A program made the translations under genes and the position numbers. From Ascoidea asiatica JCM 7603 (taxonomy: Eukaryota > Fungi > Ascomycota), in assembly GCA_001600695.1 (NCBI GenBank), contig BCKQ01000002.1:1610326-1674325 (forward strand): a DNA stretch of 64,000 nt, given 5' to 3'. The notes beneath the pieces are model-generated. The model worked only from the letters and a program-made list of their open reading frames with translations. It made no database searches and had not been told where the DNA came from. The first letter of the stretch is position 1; each line of letters opens with the position of its first letter. Shown piece after piece: positions 24,438-37,706 of the stretch.

Positions 24438-25352
24438 TCATCGACTATTTTCTGCTTTTAACTCTTCTAATGGAATTCCTTTTGTTCGGCGTTCTTCATC
24501 ACTTTTTAAAACAGATTTGATCTGTTCATCTAATTTTTCTATAATTTTAGATGCTTTGAAGCAACAATCCATTAAACTTAATGCATTTAGGGGTAATCCA
24601 CCTGCCTTGGAGATTTGACATATTTCTTTGTTTTTATTCATTGTGATCGTCATATTACCCTGAGCCAAAAGTTCCTCTTTAAAAGTACCATCAATTACAA
24701 CTACTTCTTCATTTTTGTCTCCCTTGATATTTTGCTCCACTCCTGCTGGATTAAAAAAATAGAAAGTAACACATAAAGGAACATGTAAAATAGATAATGG
24801 AACTGGTTCGGTCTCTTCTATTGGATGGAGAATTACTTGCTCTCCAGAAACGGTTATTTCAGGCTTTCTAAAATGTTGTAAAGCTGTCATTACAGCAATA
24901 CAGCTGGCATCAATAAAACCACCATCAAAGTCTAAGAAATGTACATCAGCTCTAATAGACCAACACTTTTGACCTGCCACAATACACAATGATTCAAGAT
25001 CTAATGCACCTGATCGTCTTACTGCCTTTTCTACTAATCTTGAAATCATTAATTCATCTTCAGTTTGTTTTCCATTTTCGAATATGGGAGAAGCCATTGG
25101 GCTTATTTCTGTTGATAAAACAAATACACCTTCATAAGGTCTATCTTCATAAGGAATTACTACATCAGCTGAAATAGTTGCGACAACTTTTGTGTTCCCC
25201 ATCTTTACTTCAACATATCCATAGTCTTCACCAAGCGTAATTTCTACATCTCTGAATTGATCCAACTTTCTTCCATCGATCCTCTTTTCCTCCCTGAGAA
25301 GATCTAATACAAAATCTTGTTCATTTTTGGATAAAACTATTCCTTTAACCAT
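24438..25352 (-). CDS. RRP45: Exosome RNase PH-like subunit Rrp45
   Basis: RIDGRKLDQFRDV, PYEDRPYEG, RRSGALDLESLCIVAGQKCWSIRADVHFLDFDGG, C-terminal AENSR. Confidence 0.95.
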   Translation of the reverse strand: MVKGIVLSKNEQDFVLDLLREEKRIDGRKLDQFRDVEITLGEDYGYVEVKMGNTKVVATISADVVIPYEDRPYEGVFVLSTEISPMASPIFENGKQTEDELMISRLVEKAVRRSGALDLESLCIVAGQKCWSIRADVHFLDFDGGFIDASCIAVMTALQHFRKPEITVSGEQVILHPIEETEPVPLSILHVPLCVTFYFFNPAGVEQNIKGDKNEEVVVIDGTFKEELLAQGNMTITMNKNKEICQISKAGGLPLNALSLMDCCFKASKIIEKLDEQIKSVLKSDEERRTKGIPLEELKAENSR

Positions 25353-25594
25353 TTTGATTTACTTCTACTCACTATTTAACATCACTCAAAAATATAGCTA
25401 AATTTATGGATCTTGAAAAAAAAATTATAACTGAAAAATTGTATTACCGCAGTTAATCAAACGCACGTGACCAACTCCACCTTCAGCAATCGTTCTTTCT
25501 CTATTATCTTCGCCATCCATTTAAAGGTATTACAAACTTGATTATAAGATCTTGAACAAAATTTAAACTTGAAGAACCATAAATTAAAATTAAG

Positions 25595-26746
25595 ATGTTT
25601 TCCTTAGCTTTGAAAGGTAAATTATTACAAAATTCGATTTCTCATAATGAACATGTATTATTGAGACAATCAATTCGTGCTTTTTCATTATTAAGCAATG
25701 GGATGCCTAAATCCACCAGCTTAGTTTCTAATAAAAACAAGAGAATGACTGGATTCTCTAAGAATCAAATTCGTCAATTTGCAGGTCAAAATAATTTGAA
25801 TTTTTTCCAAAAAGAGTCTTTGCCTGCAAATACAATAATAAGATTTGTTCCTCAACAAACAGCATGGATTGTTGAACGTATGGGAAAATTCAATAGAATT
25901 CTTCAACCAGGTTTAGCTATCTTGATACCATTCCTTGATAAAATTCAATATGTTAAATCTTTGAAAGAAGCTGCAATCGAAATTCCTAGCCAAAGTGCAA
26001 TCACCTCAGATAATGTTACCTTGGAAATGGACGGTGTCTTATATATAAAAGTTTTTGATGCTTATAAAGCTAGTTATGGAGTTGAAGATGCTGAATATGC
26101 AATTTCTCAATTAGCACAAACTACAATGAGATCAGAAATTGGGCAGTTAACATTAGATCATGTTTTAAGAGAACGTCAAACTTTGAATTTAAATATAACT
26201 GCTTCTATAAATGAAGCAGCTAAAGATTGGGGTATAAAATGTTTACGTTATGAAATTCGTGATATTCATCCTCCAGCAAATGTTCTTGAAGCAATGCATA
26301 GACAAGTTTCTGCTGAGAGATCTAAAAGAGCTGAGATCTTGGATTCAGAAGGTCATAGACAATCAGCTATCAATATTGCAGAAGGTCAAAAAACTTCAGC
26401 TATTTTAGCTTCAGAAGCAAGCAAAGCTGAAAGTATAAATAATGCAGCTGGTGAGGCTGAAGCTATATTATTAAGAGCAAAAGCTACTTCAACTGGAATC
26501 CGTCAAATTGCAGAAGCTATTGAGCAAACACCAGGTGGGAAAAATGCTGTGGCATTGCAAGTCGCTGAAGAGTATGTAAAAGCATTTGGTAACCTTGCAA
26601 AGGAATCAAACACAATTGTCATTCCTGCTGGTCTTAGTGACATGAGCTCCTGGATAGGTGGTGGATTATCAATATATGATAAATTGTCTGATACATTAAA
26701 TGCTAATAAAAAGAAAATTAGCAATGAAGAGTCAAAAAAAGACTAA
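25595..26746 (+). CDS. SLP2: Mitochondrial stomatin-like protein 2 (SPFH/Band 7)
   Basis: IRFVPQQTAWIVERMGKF, AITSDNVTLEMDGVLY, ASYGVEDAEYAISQLAQTTMRSEIG, AERSKRAEILDSEG. Confidence 0.9.
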   Translation: MFSLALKGKLLQNSISHNEHVLLRQSIRAFSLLSNGMPKSTSLVSNKNKRMTGFSKNQIRQFAGQNNLNFFQKESLPANTIIRFVPQQTAWIVERMGKFNRILQPGLAILIPFLDKIQYVKSLKEAAIEIPSQSAITSDNVTLEMDGVLYIKVFDAYKASYGVEDAEYAISQLAQTTMRSEIGQLTLDHVLRERQTLNLNITASINEAAKDWGIKCLRYEIRDIHPPANVLEAMHRQVSAERSKRAEILDSEGHRQSAINIAEGQKTSAILASEASKAESINNAAGEAEAILLRAKATSTGIRQIAEAIEQTPGGKNAVALQVAEEYVKAFGNLAKESNTIVIPAGLSDMSSWIGGGLSIYDKLSDTLNANKKKISNEESKKD

Positions 26747-26906
26747 GTAATATTATATAACAGGTAATCAATAATAAATAGGTAATTAATAGCTTGTAAT
26801 TAGTAATTGAACTTGAAATTTGTAAGTTAAAGAATTTTAATGTCTATTCAAAATCTATTTATTAAAAATATGGCAAAACAAATGAGTGAACTGAAACTGT
26901 TCAGTT

Positions 26907-27890
26907 TTATTTTTTTTTAAAAAAAGCGTCTAAAGCACCCTTTCCAACAGCTACTCTTTTTTTCTGACTTTTTGGATTTAAAGTAGATTTAGGCTTGGAT
27001 TTTGATTTTGATTTATTTGAATTTAGTACACCATTCATCAAAGAATCGTTCAATTCTTCTAAATTTTCTTGGGCTATTGATTTGTTTTTTTTTATTTTTT
27101 CCATTTCTTTCATGTAAGTCAATAATTTTTCAAGCTGAATCTCATATTCTTTTTTAAGTAAGATTGTCACTTCTTCAAGTAAATATGATGATAAAATCTC
27201 AATTGAATATTTAATTTTGTCTGCAAATATAATATTTTCGGGTATTTTATTATTTTTCAAATCTATTGGAAATAAATTAGCTAATATACAAGAGTTCAAT
27301 ATTGAGTCTGGAAATTTTGAACATAAATTATCTACTTTACATTTTAAAAAAGTCATTGTCTTAATCAAAGAAAACTTGTAAAAGAATTGTTCGCCTTCAC
27401 TGATAGTTTCACAAATAACCGATAATTTTGAAATTAATAAATCTGAAGGTATCTGGGCTATTGAAGGGTATTTTTCTTCTAATGAATCTATTATATCATC
27501 AGAGCCCATATATCTTCTAGACTCTTGAAAATATTTATAAAAATAAGATATTAGGAAGTAAGTTATATTGAAAGGTGTTGCAAGAAATATTGAAGGATCT
27601 TCCATTATCAATCCACTATTTTCTAGATGTTCCTCATTTTTTTCTTGAATATTTTCAATTATTATGGATTTCACCGGTTGGTTTTGTTTTGTTTCAATTC
27701 TTTGAGAAGGTTTGAGATGAGGATTGGAATTTGAAATATGTTTAAGTTCAAATAGTTTATTTTGACTTAAAATATATTTACTGTTTTGAAAATATCTAGG
27801 AGAAGGAATATCTATAATTTTGTCTGGTATTTTCAGGGTACTCCCATTTGGAAAAATTATTATTTTTAAATTATTTTTCTTGCTAGGCAT
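26907..27890 (-). CDS. RNH202: Ribonuclease H2 subunit B
   Basis: IPSPR...LFEL, GLIMEDPSIFLATPFNITYFLI, and C-terminal PIP-box-like GALDAFFKKK. Confidence 0.8.
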   Translation of the reverse strand: MPSKKNNLKIIIFPNGSTLKIPDKIIDIPSPRYFQNSKYILSQNKLFELKHISNSNPHLKPSQRIETKQNQPVKSIIIENIQEKNEEHLENSGLIMEDPSIFLATPFNITYFLISYFYKYFQESRRYMGSDDIIDSLEEKYPSIAQIPSDLLISKLSVICETISEGEQFFYKFSLIKTMTFLKCKVDNLCSKFPDSILNSCILANLFPIDLKNNKIPENIIFADKIKYSIEILSSYLLEEVTILLKKEYEIQLEKLLTYMKEMEKIKKNKSIAQENLEELNDSLMNGVLNSNKSKSKSKPKSTLNPKSQKKRVAVGKGALDAFFKKK

Positions 27891-28030
27891 TTTTGAATTT
27901 AGATAAAATATAATTCCATCAGTTTATTTTGGATTATTTTCAAATCAATTTTTCTAACTTGATTTGTGTTTTATACATAAGTAATGAAAAAATCTCGAGA
28001 ATATAAAACTGAAATTGTGATTTGTATTAT

Positions 28031-28038
28031 TTTCGCGT
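28031..28038 (-). promoter_or_regulatory. SCB/MCB-type G1/S element upstream of RNH202
   Basis: ACGCGAAA on the minus strand, about 140 bp upstream of the ATG. Confidence 0.45.
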
Positions 28039-30160
28039 TTCGATAAAACTCCTAACGTGTTGAATCATCCTTACAAAACAGGAAATAAAGTAAAAATATG
28101 CAACTATATAAATAAGTACCTATAGAAACTGATACATACATTTTTAATTTCCCTAAAGGGTAGGTAGTTTAATAATTACATAAATACAAAAAAGAATATT
28201 GCTTTAGGGCTCCAAGTTTTGATAGAGGAGGTTTTAGTCAGAAACTTGCTTTATTTTATCAGGATTATTTGCGTCTTACCGATAGAATTTCAGTTAAGGG
28301 TAATAAAGACTCAATAATTTCCGACCAGGGGTTTCATTTGTTGCCTGACTCTGATATCATTTTTTTCCCGGTTTATAGATTTCCAAAACCAGTATCTCAA
28401 AACCAGATTTGGGAAAGCTGGAACTAAAGTTGAAATTTCTGCCAGTGTAAAATGCCCAGTGCATTTAAAAGCAGAAAGTGTCTGACTTTTTTATTCAGCG
28501 TTCCAAAATCTGTTTATGGTAAAAACAAAACATATTTGTCGTCAATTGCTAATCTATTTGAAACAGACACATACAAACTCCACAAATCTTGCAAACATTT
28601 TCTCATTAACGTTACCAAAAGTTTTTAGGTAAGTCTTCAAGAAGAGTCTTATTTTTTTGAAATAACTATTCTATGGTAAATTTCCAAATATAATCAAAAT
28701 GCCGTACTTGAAATGAAATATCATTAAAGCAAATAATAGTTTTCTATTAAAAATATGTGAATTTTGTTGGAAAACCATAATTTTTGTTTTACAGTGGGGT
28801 CTTCTGTATTACTTGATTCAAAGATATGTCTTTTATTATTAAATTGTGTAATCAATGTCTTTGCCGAAAGTGAATACATAAAAGTAGGGAGTCGCTAAAA
28901 ATTAAAATTTTGTATAAAATAATTGAAATTTTTATCTTTGGTCTACTATGTTCATAATAAAAATGCAAATGTCTATAACTGAATATATCAGTTTTAATAA
29001 ATGACATCGTTATTGAATACACCTTTAAATAACAAAATTATTAAGGGTATATTGATACAATCGTACAATCAAATATTAATACTCCTTTTATTCTTATTTT
29101 AAATATAACTTTCAATCAAAAAATTCTGATTTCTTTTGTTATACTTTCGTTTGGAATTTTTTTCTATGAATCATGATATTCTCTTTCTCATATTTAAATC
29201 AAAGCATAATTAGGTGCATTTATTGTTATTTTTGACATCTTAAGTAATTGTCTTTGAAAATTCCAAGTCAAATAATTTTAAGAAAGCTTCCCCTTTAAAA
29301 CTTGTTTTTACTCGAATTTAAGACAGTTTGAAATAAACTAATTTTCTACTCCACATTTTTGAAGTATATTACCAATCACTCTTATTGTGACATGATTAGG
29401 TCTTGACATGAATACGTAGATCCAATATCCAATCATCTTTGTTTATTATTTTTCATCAGATATTTTTTCTTTTATTACCATGGTAGATAATTTCAATTTA
29501 TAATTTTTCAATTTAAATTTTTAAGATTTTATTTTTACCGAATATGATAAAGTTAATATTAACCACTTGTCTCAAATTCTCTTTTATTTAATGGGAAACT
29601 AACTTCGACTTTTTCATTGAGTTACTTTTCCAAGAAATTCGAATCAATTTTCAATGGTTAAATGATTTTTAAAAATTAAATTTCGTTCAGAGTTTACAAC
29701 TTATTATAGCCGAATATAAATCAAGAAAGAATTAATTACACGGTTGATTATTAACTTAGTTACTATTTTTTAAACTATATAGACTAATGTTAGATGCAAA
29801 AAGAGAAAATTTTTTGAAGAGTTAAAAAAATGAGAATCAAACTAAAACTTTGAACTTATTATATAAAAAAAGTGATAAAAAAATATGGTCATGACAAAAC
29901 TTCATATAAATTAAATAGTAGATTAACACAAAGGACAAACAAAATATAATACATTTTTTTTTCGCTCATTATATAAAACAAATTATTTAAATAAATTTTT
30001 TTAAAAAAAAAATTGCATCAGATTTCATTATGGAATGGTGATTTTTGACCAAGAAAAAATGTTTGGTAAAAATACTATAGATTTTTTTTGTGAAGAGGTT
30101 AGAAAAAAAAAGACTAAAGATAAAGAATAAGATATAATGATAATATAGTTGGATATAGGA

Positions 30161-31012
30161 TTAGTTAATTGAAAGACTTTTATCTCTTAAATCTTTAACC
30201 TTTCTTCTTCTCGCATTAATAAACCAGTTATCTAATTGTTGAGGTGATAAACCCGTTTGAATACATAAATAATTTTTCTCTTTTGCATTTGGATATGGTC
30301 TATCTAAATTTTCTTTTAACCAATTCATTAAAACTTCGGTAGTTGCCTTTGGTAAATTCTTTCTCTTCTTTTTATTGTAAGAATCAATTGAATCATTTTT
30401 ATTCATCATAAATCCAGCTTGATTCATATTCATATTACTCATATTTAGATTCATATTCATATTCATATTTGCCATACTCATATTATTCATATTTCTAGAA
30501 TTCAAATTACTTGAATTTGATGAATTATAAAAATTAGCAACAGAGGTCAGAGATTTTAATATTGGAGGAATTAAAGGTGTTGAAATTCTCTGCTGTAAAT
30601 TTTGATGAATTTGAAACTCCTGCATATCTGTTTGACTATTTGATAAATGAGATGGTAAAATTTCTTTGATTCCAGGTAACTTAACACTTGGAGTTCTTTC
30701 CATTTGTTGACGAGATAAATGACCAAAGTTATCACAACTGTAAGTTTTGGATTGATTTATATATGGTGAAGATGAAGAAGTTGATGGTAATGTTTGTGGG
30801 GAACCAACACATGAGTATTGAAAAGAAGATTGATGATATTGATTTGATGGTAATTGATTGTATGACATTTTTGAAGATAGAGGTAAATTTGAACGAGAAT
30901 GAGATGAGTTGGAATGTGAAGAATTTGAAGATGAACGGGAATGTGAATGAGAGTGAGAGTGACTAGATGAACTTTTTTGATTTGTAGTAGATATTAGGTT
31001 TTTAATATCCAT
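30161..31012 (-). CDS. CUP9: TALE homeodomain transcription factor Cup9/Tos8
   Basis: KKRKNLPKATTEVLMNWLKENLDRPYPN...TGLSPQQLDNWFINARRRK (PYP loop, WFINARRR); VKLPGIKEIL motif. Confidence 0.85.
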   Translation of the reverse strand: MDIKNLISTTNQKSSSSHSHSHSHSRSSSNSSHSNSSHSRSNLPLSSKMSYNQLPSNQYHQSSFQYSCVGSPQTLPSTSSSSPYINQSKTYSCDNFGHLSRQQMERTPSVKLPGIKEILPSHLSNSQTDMQEFQIHQNLQQRISTPLIPPILKSLTSVANFYNSSNSSNLNSRNMNNMSMANMNMNMNLNMSNMNMNQAGFMMNKNDSIDSYNKKKRKNLPKATTEVLMNWLKENLDRPYPNAKEKNYLCIQTGLSPQQLDNWFINARRRKVKDLRDKSLSIN

Positions 31013-34000
31013 TGTTTAATATATTTTGATGAATGAAATTTTTAAAAGTGTGAAAATTATATTGAAAATAAATGAAAAAATTGGAGATTATTTAGAATAT
31101 TTAAATAAAGTTAATTTTAATATTGTTAAAGAAGTTCAGTTAATAAACTTAATCACAATTATATTATAAGGTATATTATAATTTAGAAATATATTGAAGT
31201 GAAAATTTTTTCAAAATTTTTTCAAAATTTTCTTTTTTAGATCCCTGAAATTGTTAGCAAGTTTTGAAACTAAAAAGACCTATTTCTTGAAAGCAAGGAA
31301 TAAAAAAAGTTTGGTAAATCTGGCAACAAATATTAAACACAAAGTGAAATTTTGGGTGGCTAGTAGGTTTGAAACAGATTGGAGAAATTTTGAAACAAAT
31401 ATACACTATATGTTTTTTTTTCTTTTTTCTAAAGATTTAAATATATAATACAAATATAGTATAATGAAATATTAGTTCATATAATTATTATGTTGAAATT
31501 ATTATAGTCAATATATAATTTTCAGCCTGAAAGTAAATGAACAAAAAGTAATTTGAAATTTGGATTGATATCGTTATTGATATTGATATCGAATTGAAAC
31601 TATAAGTATTAATATAAATATAAATGTAAATGTAAATGTAAATGGAAAATTAATAAGAATTGGAAATTAAATTTAAAGAAAATAGTAACAGAACACAAAA
31701 CATGGGGAATTGAAATATATATATAATATATATATACAGTACTAGTAAAGTTATATTAATAATATTTAATAATATTAGAGTACTATTACTACTAAAAATT
31801 TTGAAGAATTTAATTTGAATAATTGGAAGTCAAAATTATTGAAATGCTAAGAAGTATAATAAAATAAAAAGATACATTTTAAAATAAAAAATAAATTTCA
31901 TCTTTTTTTGTTTTTTTAGTGAATTTTTAAATACATAAAAAGCTGACGTTAAAATAATATTATTTTTAAAATTAAATAGGTAATGATAATAAGTATTTGT
32001 TAGCTAATGCAATTTTAAAGAAAGTTTTGAGAATAAATGCTACATGTACTACGGTATAATAATAATGTTATTTATGAACTCAGTGATAAATTAAACTTTA
32101 AATGTATATACGCACTTATGTGTTAATACTTATTAGTCTATTTATTTATTGTTTCAATTTTAACTAATGAATCAAGAAATCAAGAAATCAAGAAAATAAG
32201 AGAAATAAGAAAAGAAGTAAAAGAAGTTAAATAAAGAATAAAATCATTTCTAGAAAAGCAAATAAATTTATTCGAATAAATCAAATTTTAAAGTCATTAA
32301 TTTACTTAATTGAATGATTATTTCTTGAAAAGATTATTTTCAAGATTATTCACTAATTTATTTTAATATTCTTTGTGATCGAATAAAAACTTTACAGCGA
32401 CTTTGAAAAAAAAAAAGGGATTATTTATAATAGCAATAAAGGCCTTTTAAATAAAAATATAAAGAAAGAGAGTAAGAGAGTAAGAGAGAAAGAAACCAAA
32501 AAGGAAGATCATAATAAAGCATTTTAATAAATTTTGATGTTGATTTTAAAAAGTGACTTTGAAATTCAATTTTTTTATATAAAATTTATCAGAAAAAGCT
32601 AAATCACAAAATCATATGTATTTTCTTAACCAAAAAACTTTATTCGGGGAAACGCATGAAAATAAACAAATGTTGATATTTGTTGGTATTAATAGTAGTG
32701 CTGTAGTAATTCTTAACAGAAAAGTAAAATAATAAAATCATTGATTTCCGAAATCAAAATAGAAATCTGTCAAATGTTTTAAAAATAAAAGAAAAAGTTC
32801 TCCCCCATAAAAACATAATAAATCTATGTTACAAACTAATTATTATAGCCCTTAATAAAGACTCTATCTCACAGGATTATTTCTGAATATTGAAATGTGA
32901 ATTCTTCCTGAATTTCAAGTCATAACTTCATGAGTTTAAAAACATTTTCGGTGAGAATTTTTAAATTGAAAAGTTTCTTAGTTGTGCTCTTCAAAGCTTG
33001 TAAATTACAGCATGATCTTCTACTCCGGCATAGCCATTTCGATTATTTTGAATTCAGAAATGGATTCCTCGAGAAGTTTCAATGATTTAATCATAAATGT
33101 TCTTTAACAATTGAATTCATATATCGCATACTTGCAGTTTCAAAATCTAGTAGAAATAATAAAAATATTATTATTCAAAATTTCACTTCCTTTATTTATT
33201 TTTTTGTATCTACTCTCTGGTAAATTAGTAATGGTTCAAATTCGAAAGGGAGGGTAGGTAGGTAGGAACACCTTGCGTTGCCTTTGCTCGAAGTTGTGGC
33301 ACAAAAATTGCCTTTTGACAGTGAGCCAGGATTAGCGCGCTCAGAGCTGCTGGCTGCGCTGTCTGTTGCGGCTTGGGGGTGCCTAGCACTGTTTTCCCCG
33401 GCCCGGCCTGTGACGCGTAAAGCTTACAGCGCTTACACTACTACGCCAATTGAACCACCAAACTTCCAGCATTTGCACCATTCTCAGAAACATTACTAGC
33501 ATTTGGATTCAACAAATTTGACGAAGGGTCTTGTGAGTTAACCTTAAGTGCTCCAACTGGAACTAGAAATGAAATTGATTGAAGGTTTTGCCTTATGTAT
33601 TACTGTTTTAATTTATGGGTTATAATAAGCTGCTCATAAACATTAAATTACTATTAAATCATCGGTTTATTATGAGTTATTTCTCTATAAAATCCACTTT
33701 TTGGAACTGCTTCTTCAGTTTGAAATCTTACCAAAACAGACTTTAATTCCAAATTAAATTTGAAGCAGTCAAGAATTAATGCTTTAAGGAAAATCATGTC
33801 ACAATTGACAAACCAAATTAGATAGACGATAATATTGAACACTCCCCCCTGTGATAGAAAATGTAATAGCATTCAATCTTGCTTTTGATTCCATTTTGAA
33901 TCAAAGATTATCAGTACTTTATTCTCCTTTAATCTTACAAAAAAATCATTTTCATTCAAAATCAAACACCGGGCAAAGGTTCTTGAAGCTATTTGTAGAT

Positions 34001-34957
34001 TTAATTGCATTAAAATAAAGTTAAAACTTAAAGAACGTTTTTTAGGTATCTTAGCGAGCATTATCATAAGGTAACTTTAATCTTAATGTCATAATCGTTC
34101 GTTAAAAATTATCTCGAGACCTGTTAACAATTGATAATCATGCGGAGGTAACTTTTCTTCCTGGTGCGTAACGTCACATTTTTTAACGCTCAATAATCTT
34201 CATAAAAATTGGACAGATGGTTTGAATTAATAACTGAATAATGTTACATAATTTCATCTAGCGCAATAATCTATCCTAAGATAAAAAAAAGCGTGCAAAA
34301 CTGTAGATCCCTCTGGGCTGTGTTAATCAAAAATAAAAATATTCCCACAAACCCTAATTTATTTGAAGGAAAATATCCGGAAATAATTTACCTTTTTAGG
34401 AAGAATGTACTAATTCTCAATTTCCGAGATTATTTCCCGACTAGATACTGAATATCAACTCAGAATATCCTGAAAAGAAAAATTTCAAAAATGTGCTACT
34501 TTATGAAGAAAGCAGGACAGCTAATTTTCAGTAAAATTGCAATAATCACAATAAAACTAGAAAGGAATTATAATACAATTATCACGACCATACTATAAAT
34601 CTAAGCAATAGGTTAAAAAGTTTTTTCTTTTATTATATTCTGAATTTCAGTATTCATCTATAGAGTTCTTAAGTTTTCCTTACTCGAAATATAAAAATAA
34701 AGGTAAAAGGATATAAAGATAAAAAGAAATATATATATATATATATATCTTAAAAAAAAGAAAATTGAAAAAATTAAAGAAGAATTGAATTAAATTATCA
34801 TGACAAGATAAAATCTATAAAGTTTATCTATTGTTTGTTCAAAAAAGCAGAAAGAATTTTTTTTTTTTTATTTTTACTTGAATAATAACTATATTTAGCT
34901 TTAAGCAATAATTATAATTGTATAATTGTAGCGTTGTTTGGTTAAAAAAAAGTAAAA

Positions 34958-35213
34958 CTATTTCACAAGATAGTTTAAAGAACTTTTCTTTCTTAACATA
35001 TTTTTATGATTATGTCTTTTTGTTTTAGAAATTATTGATTCATTATCATCCTTAACTTTTTGTTTTTCAGAATTTCTTCCTTTACTTGTTTTATTCATAA
35101 AATTATTTAATTTGCTTTTTGAATGTGAAGTTGAGTAAAGAGGTGAATTAGAACTTGGAGGTTCAAATTTGAAATTATGAAGATCATATTCATTATTTTG
35201 ATCATATTTACTA

Positions 35214-35245
<32 letters not shown>

Positions 35246-36328
35246 GTTGTTTATATTGATATTATAAGAATCAAGACCGAAAGGTTGAGCAATATCATCT
35301 CCATGATCACCAAAATTTTCTAATTCATCATCTGAAACTTTTAATAGAATAGTTTGAGATTCAATCATTGTATTTGAAATAAAACAATATAAACTAATCC
35401 AAATATTTTCTAATTCAGGTGTAAAAGCTTCTGCAAATCTTTCATTTAAAGTTTTCATTATAGCAACACCTAAATCTTGAAAAAAATTTGGTTCTGCACC
35501 AAATATGACTCCATGTCTTCTACCAATATTACCTAAATAATCTTTTAATACATTTAAATCTTCTGCATTTAAAACTGCCATTCTTAAAATACCTGTGAAA
35601 AAAGTTGCTTGATGTTCTGAACTTGGTAAAAATCTTTCTAATTGAGGATTGATATTAAAAGCATTATTATGAATTTCATTCCAAAATTGAATTGAAGAAA
35701 AAACTTCAGATAAGGAATTTGCTTTGGAATTTGGATTTTCAATTTGAACATAATCATCAATTACTTCTATTGGAGGTGTTAAATTTTCATTCCAAGATTT
35801 TCTAAGTAATATAACCTCAGAGTTACTGAAAGTTATAGTACTCGGTAGATCGTCAAAACTATTTTCAAAATCTTCATCAATATCATTCATATTATTCATA
35901 TCGTGCATATCGTTTATATTATCTGTTTGATTTATGTTATTAATTTCATTCATGCAATTTAGCAAACTCATATTATTCATCATCATATTATTATTATTGC
36001 TACTATTATTACTATTAGTATTACTAATTTCATCACTAATATCAGTACTATAATTTGTAGAATAATTTAAAGTTGTGCTAGTTATCAGGTTACTTTTGCT
36101 TCTTCCATTTTTATTAGAATTGTGATGATCTATTCTTAAATTTGATTTTGGAGAATTTGCACTTGAATTTGAAGAACCAATTGATATAGTTGAAGGATTT
36201 TTTGAATGTGAATGACCATTTGAATTAAAATCTGGTTTAAGATTTGAACTATTTAATAAATTTGAATTATAATCTCTTGGAGCTGGTCTTTGATGCTTTT
36301 TGAAAAAATTTCCTAATCTCAGTGACAT
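34958..36328 (-). CDS. Fungal single-domain globin with disordered flanks (YNL234W-like)
   Basis: LLRKSW (A helix), FW..I...F.INPQL..FLP, EHQA, LGNIGRRHG (proximal His), FQDLGVAIMKTLNERF..FTPELENIWISLY. Confidence 0.8.
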
Positions 36329-37706
36329 TTTTAATGGAGAGCTTTGAAAAAAGAATTGTTATTATTTTTATTATCTTCTTTGAGTATTCAAGTACTTTAA
36401 AAAATTGAATGATTTAATAAGGAAGGGAGTAAAGAAATAAATTGAGTAAAATTAAATATATAAATTAATGAAAAGATCATTCAACTAGTGAAATAAAAGA
36501 AAAATTCAGCACTAAAAGTGGAATTGGCATTACAATGGATCAGATTATTATATTAATTTTGATTACAATTAGATTAATAAAATTTAGAGCAACAGTTCAC
36601 AATTCAGCTACCGTTGTAATGATAATAGAACTATCAAGGAAAGTAATCAAGGAAAATCCCAAAAAAATAAATACGATAGGTAGCCTATGGCAGCTGACAG
36701 TTTGTAAGTGAATTTATGGTATTAGCAAATAACAATATTTCAGGCATTGATTTTGTATGCAAATCAAGTATAAAGTTTTATGGTTGAAAAAAAAGAAGAA
36801 AATTTAACAGGTAATTCGCTGATTTGCTGAAAAAGGCCGTAGTTTAGCATATGGGCATTCAGAAAATGAAACAAAGGATCATAAAACGAGTGTGTTTTTA
36901 ATAAGAAATATGTATTTAATTATTTCACTTAATATTTTTTAAAGGAGTTCATTAATCAATTCTTTAATATTTCTCTTTTATTTTTGGTTTTCTTGAGGGT
37001 TTTTACTATTGTTGGGCGCTTTCAATTTTGATTCCAGTTTTTATTCATTTGTTATTTCATTTTCTCTTTCGATGTTGATTTAAAGTCGATATGAAAACAG
37101 ACAAAATGCAGAAAAATGTCATAAAATGTATCTGTTTGTACGCGGGCGCGTTTTATGGCAAAAAATAATACACCCATGGTAACGGATCCGCCTTGGTCAC
37201 GTTTTGGATTTGTTTATGTGAAATACCGTTGACTATGATAAAGCTACTTCAGCACTAATTACTTATGGCTCATACAATATCATATAACGACAATCAATAG
37301 CTTTTTCAAAGAAAGTCAAAATTATAATGGATTTTTTGAAATTTTGATTTTTAAGTTTATTTGTGATTGAAATTGATATTAATGAAATATTTTATACTAG
37401 AATAGTTGTAGAATTAAAGATTATAGAGTTAGCATATCCAAAATAGAGTTAATAATACAAACTATATAGGACATCTAGAGATTAGTTATTGCCAAACAAA
37501 AAAAAATTGAAAAAAAAATGAGAAAAATTGTAAAAAAAATCTTAGAAAAAAATGAAACAAACTTAGAAATTGATAGAAAGAAAAGTAAAATAAATAATTA
37601 ATAAATAACTGAAAGATAAAAAAGAATTATGGAATTAATTAAAAATTATAACAACGACAGAAAGCCAAATTTATATTTGAGAAAGTAGAAAGAAAAAAAA
37701 CAAAAT

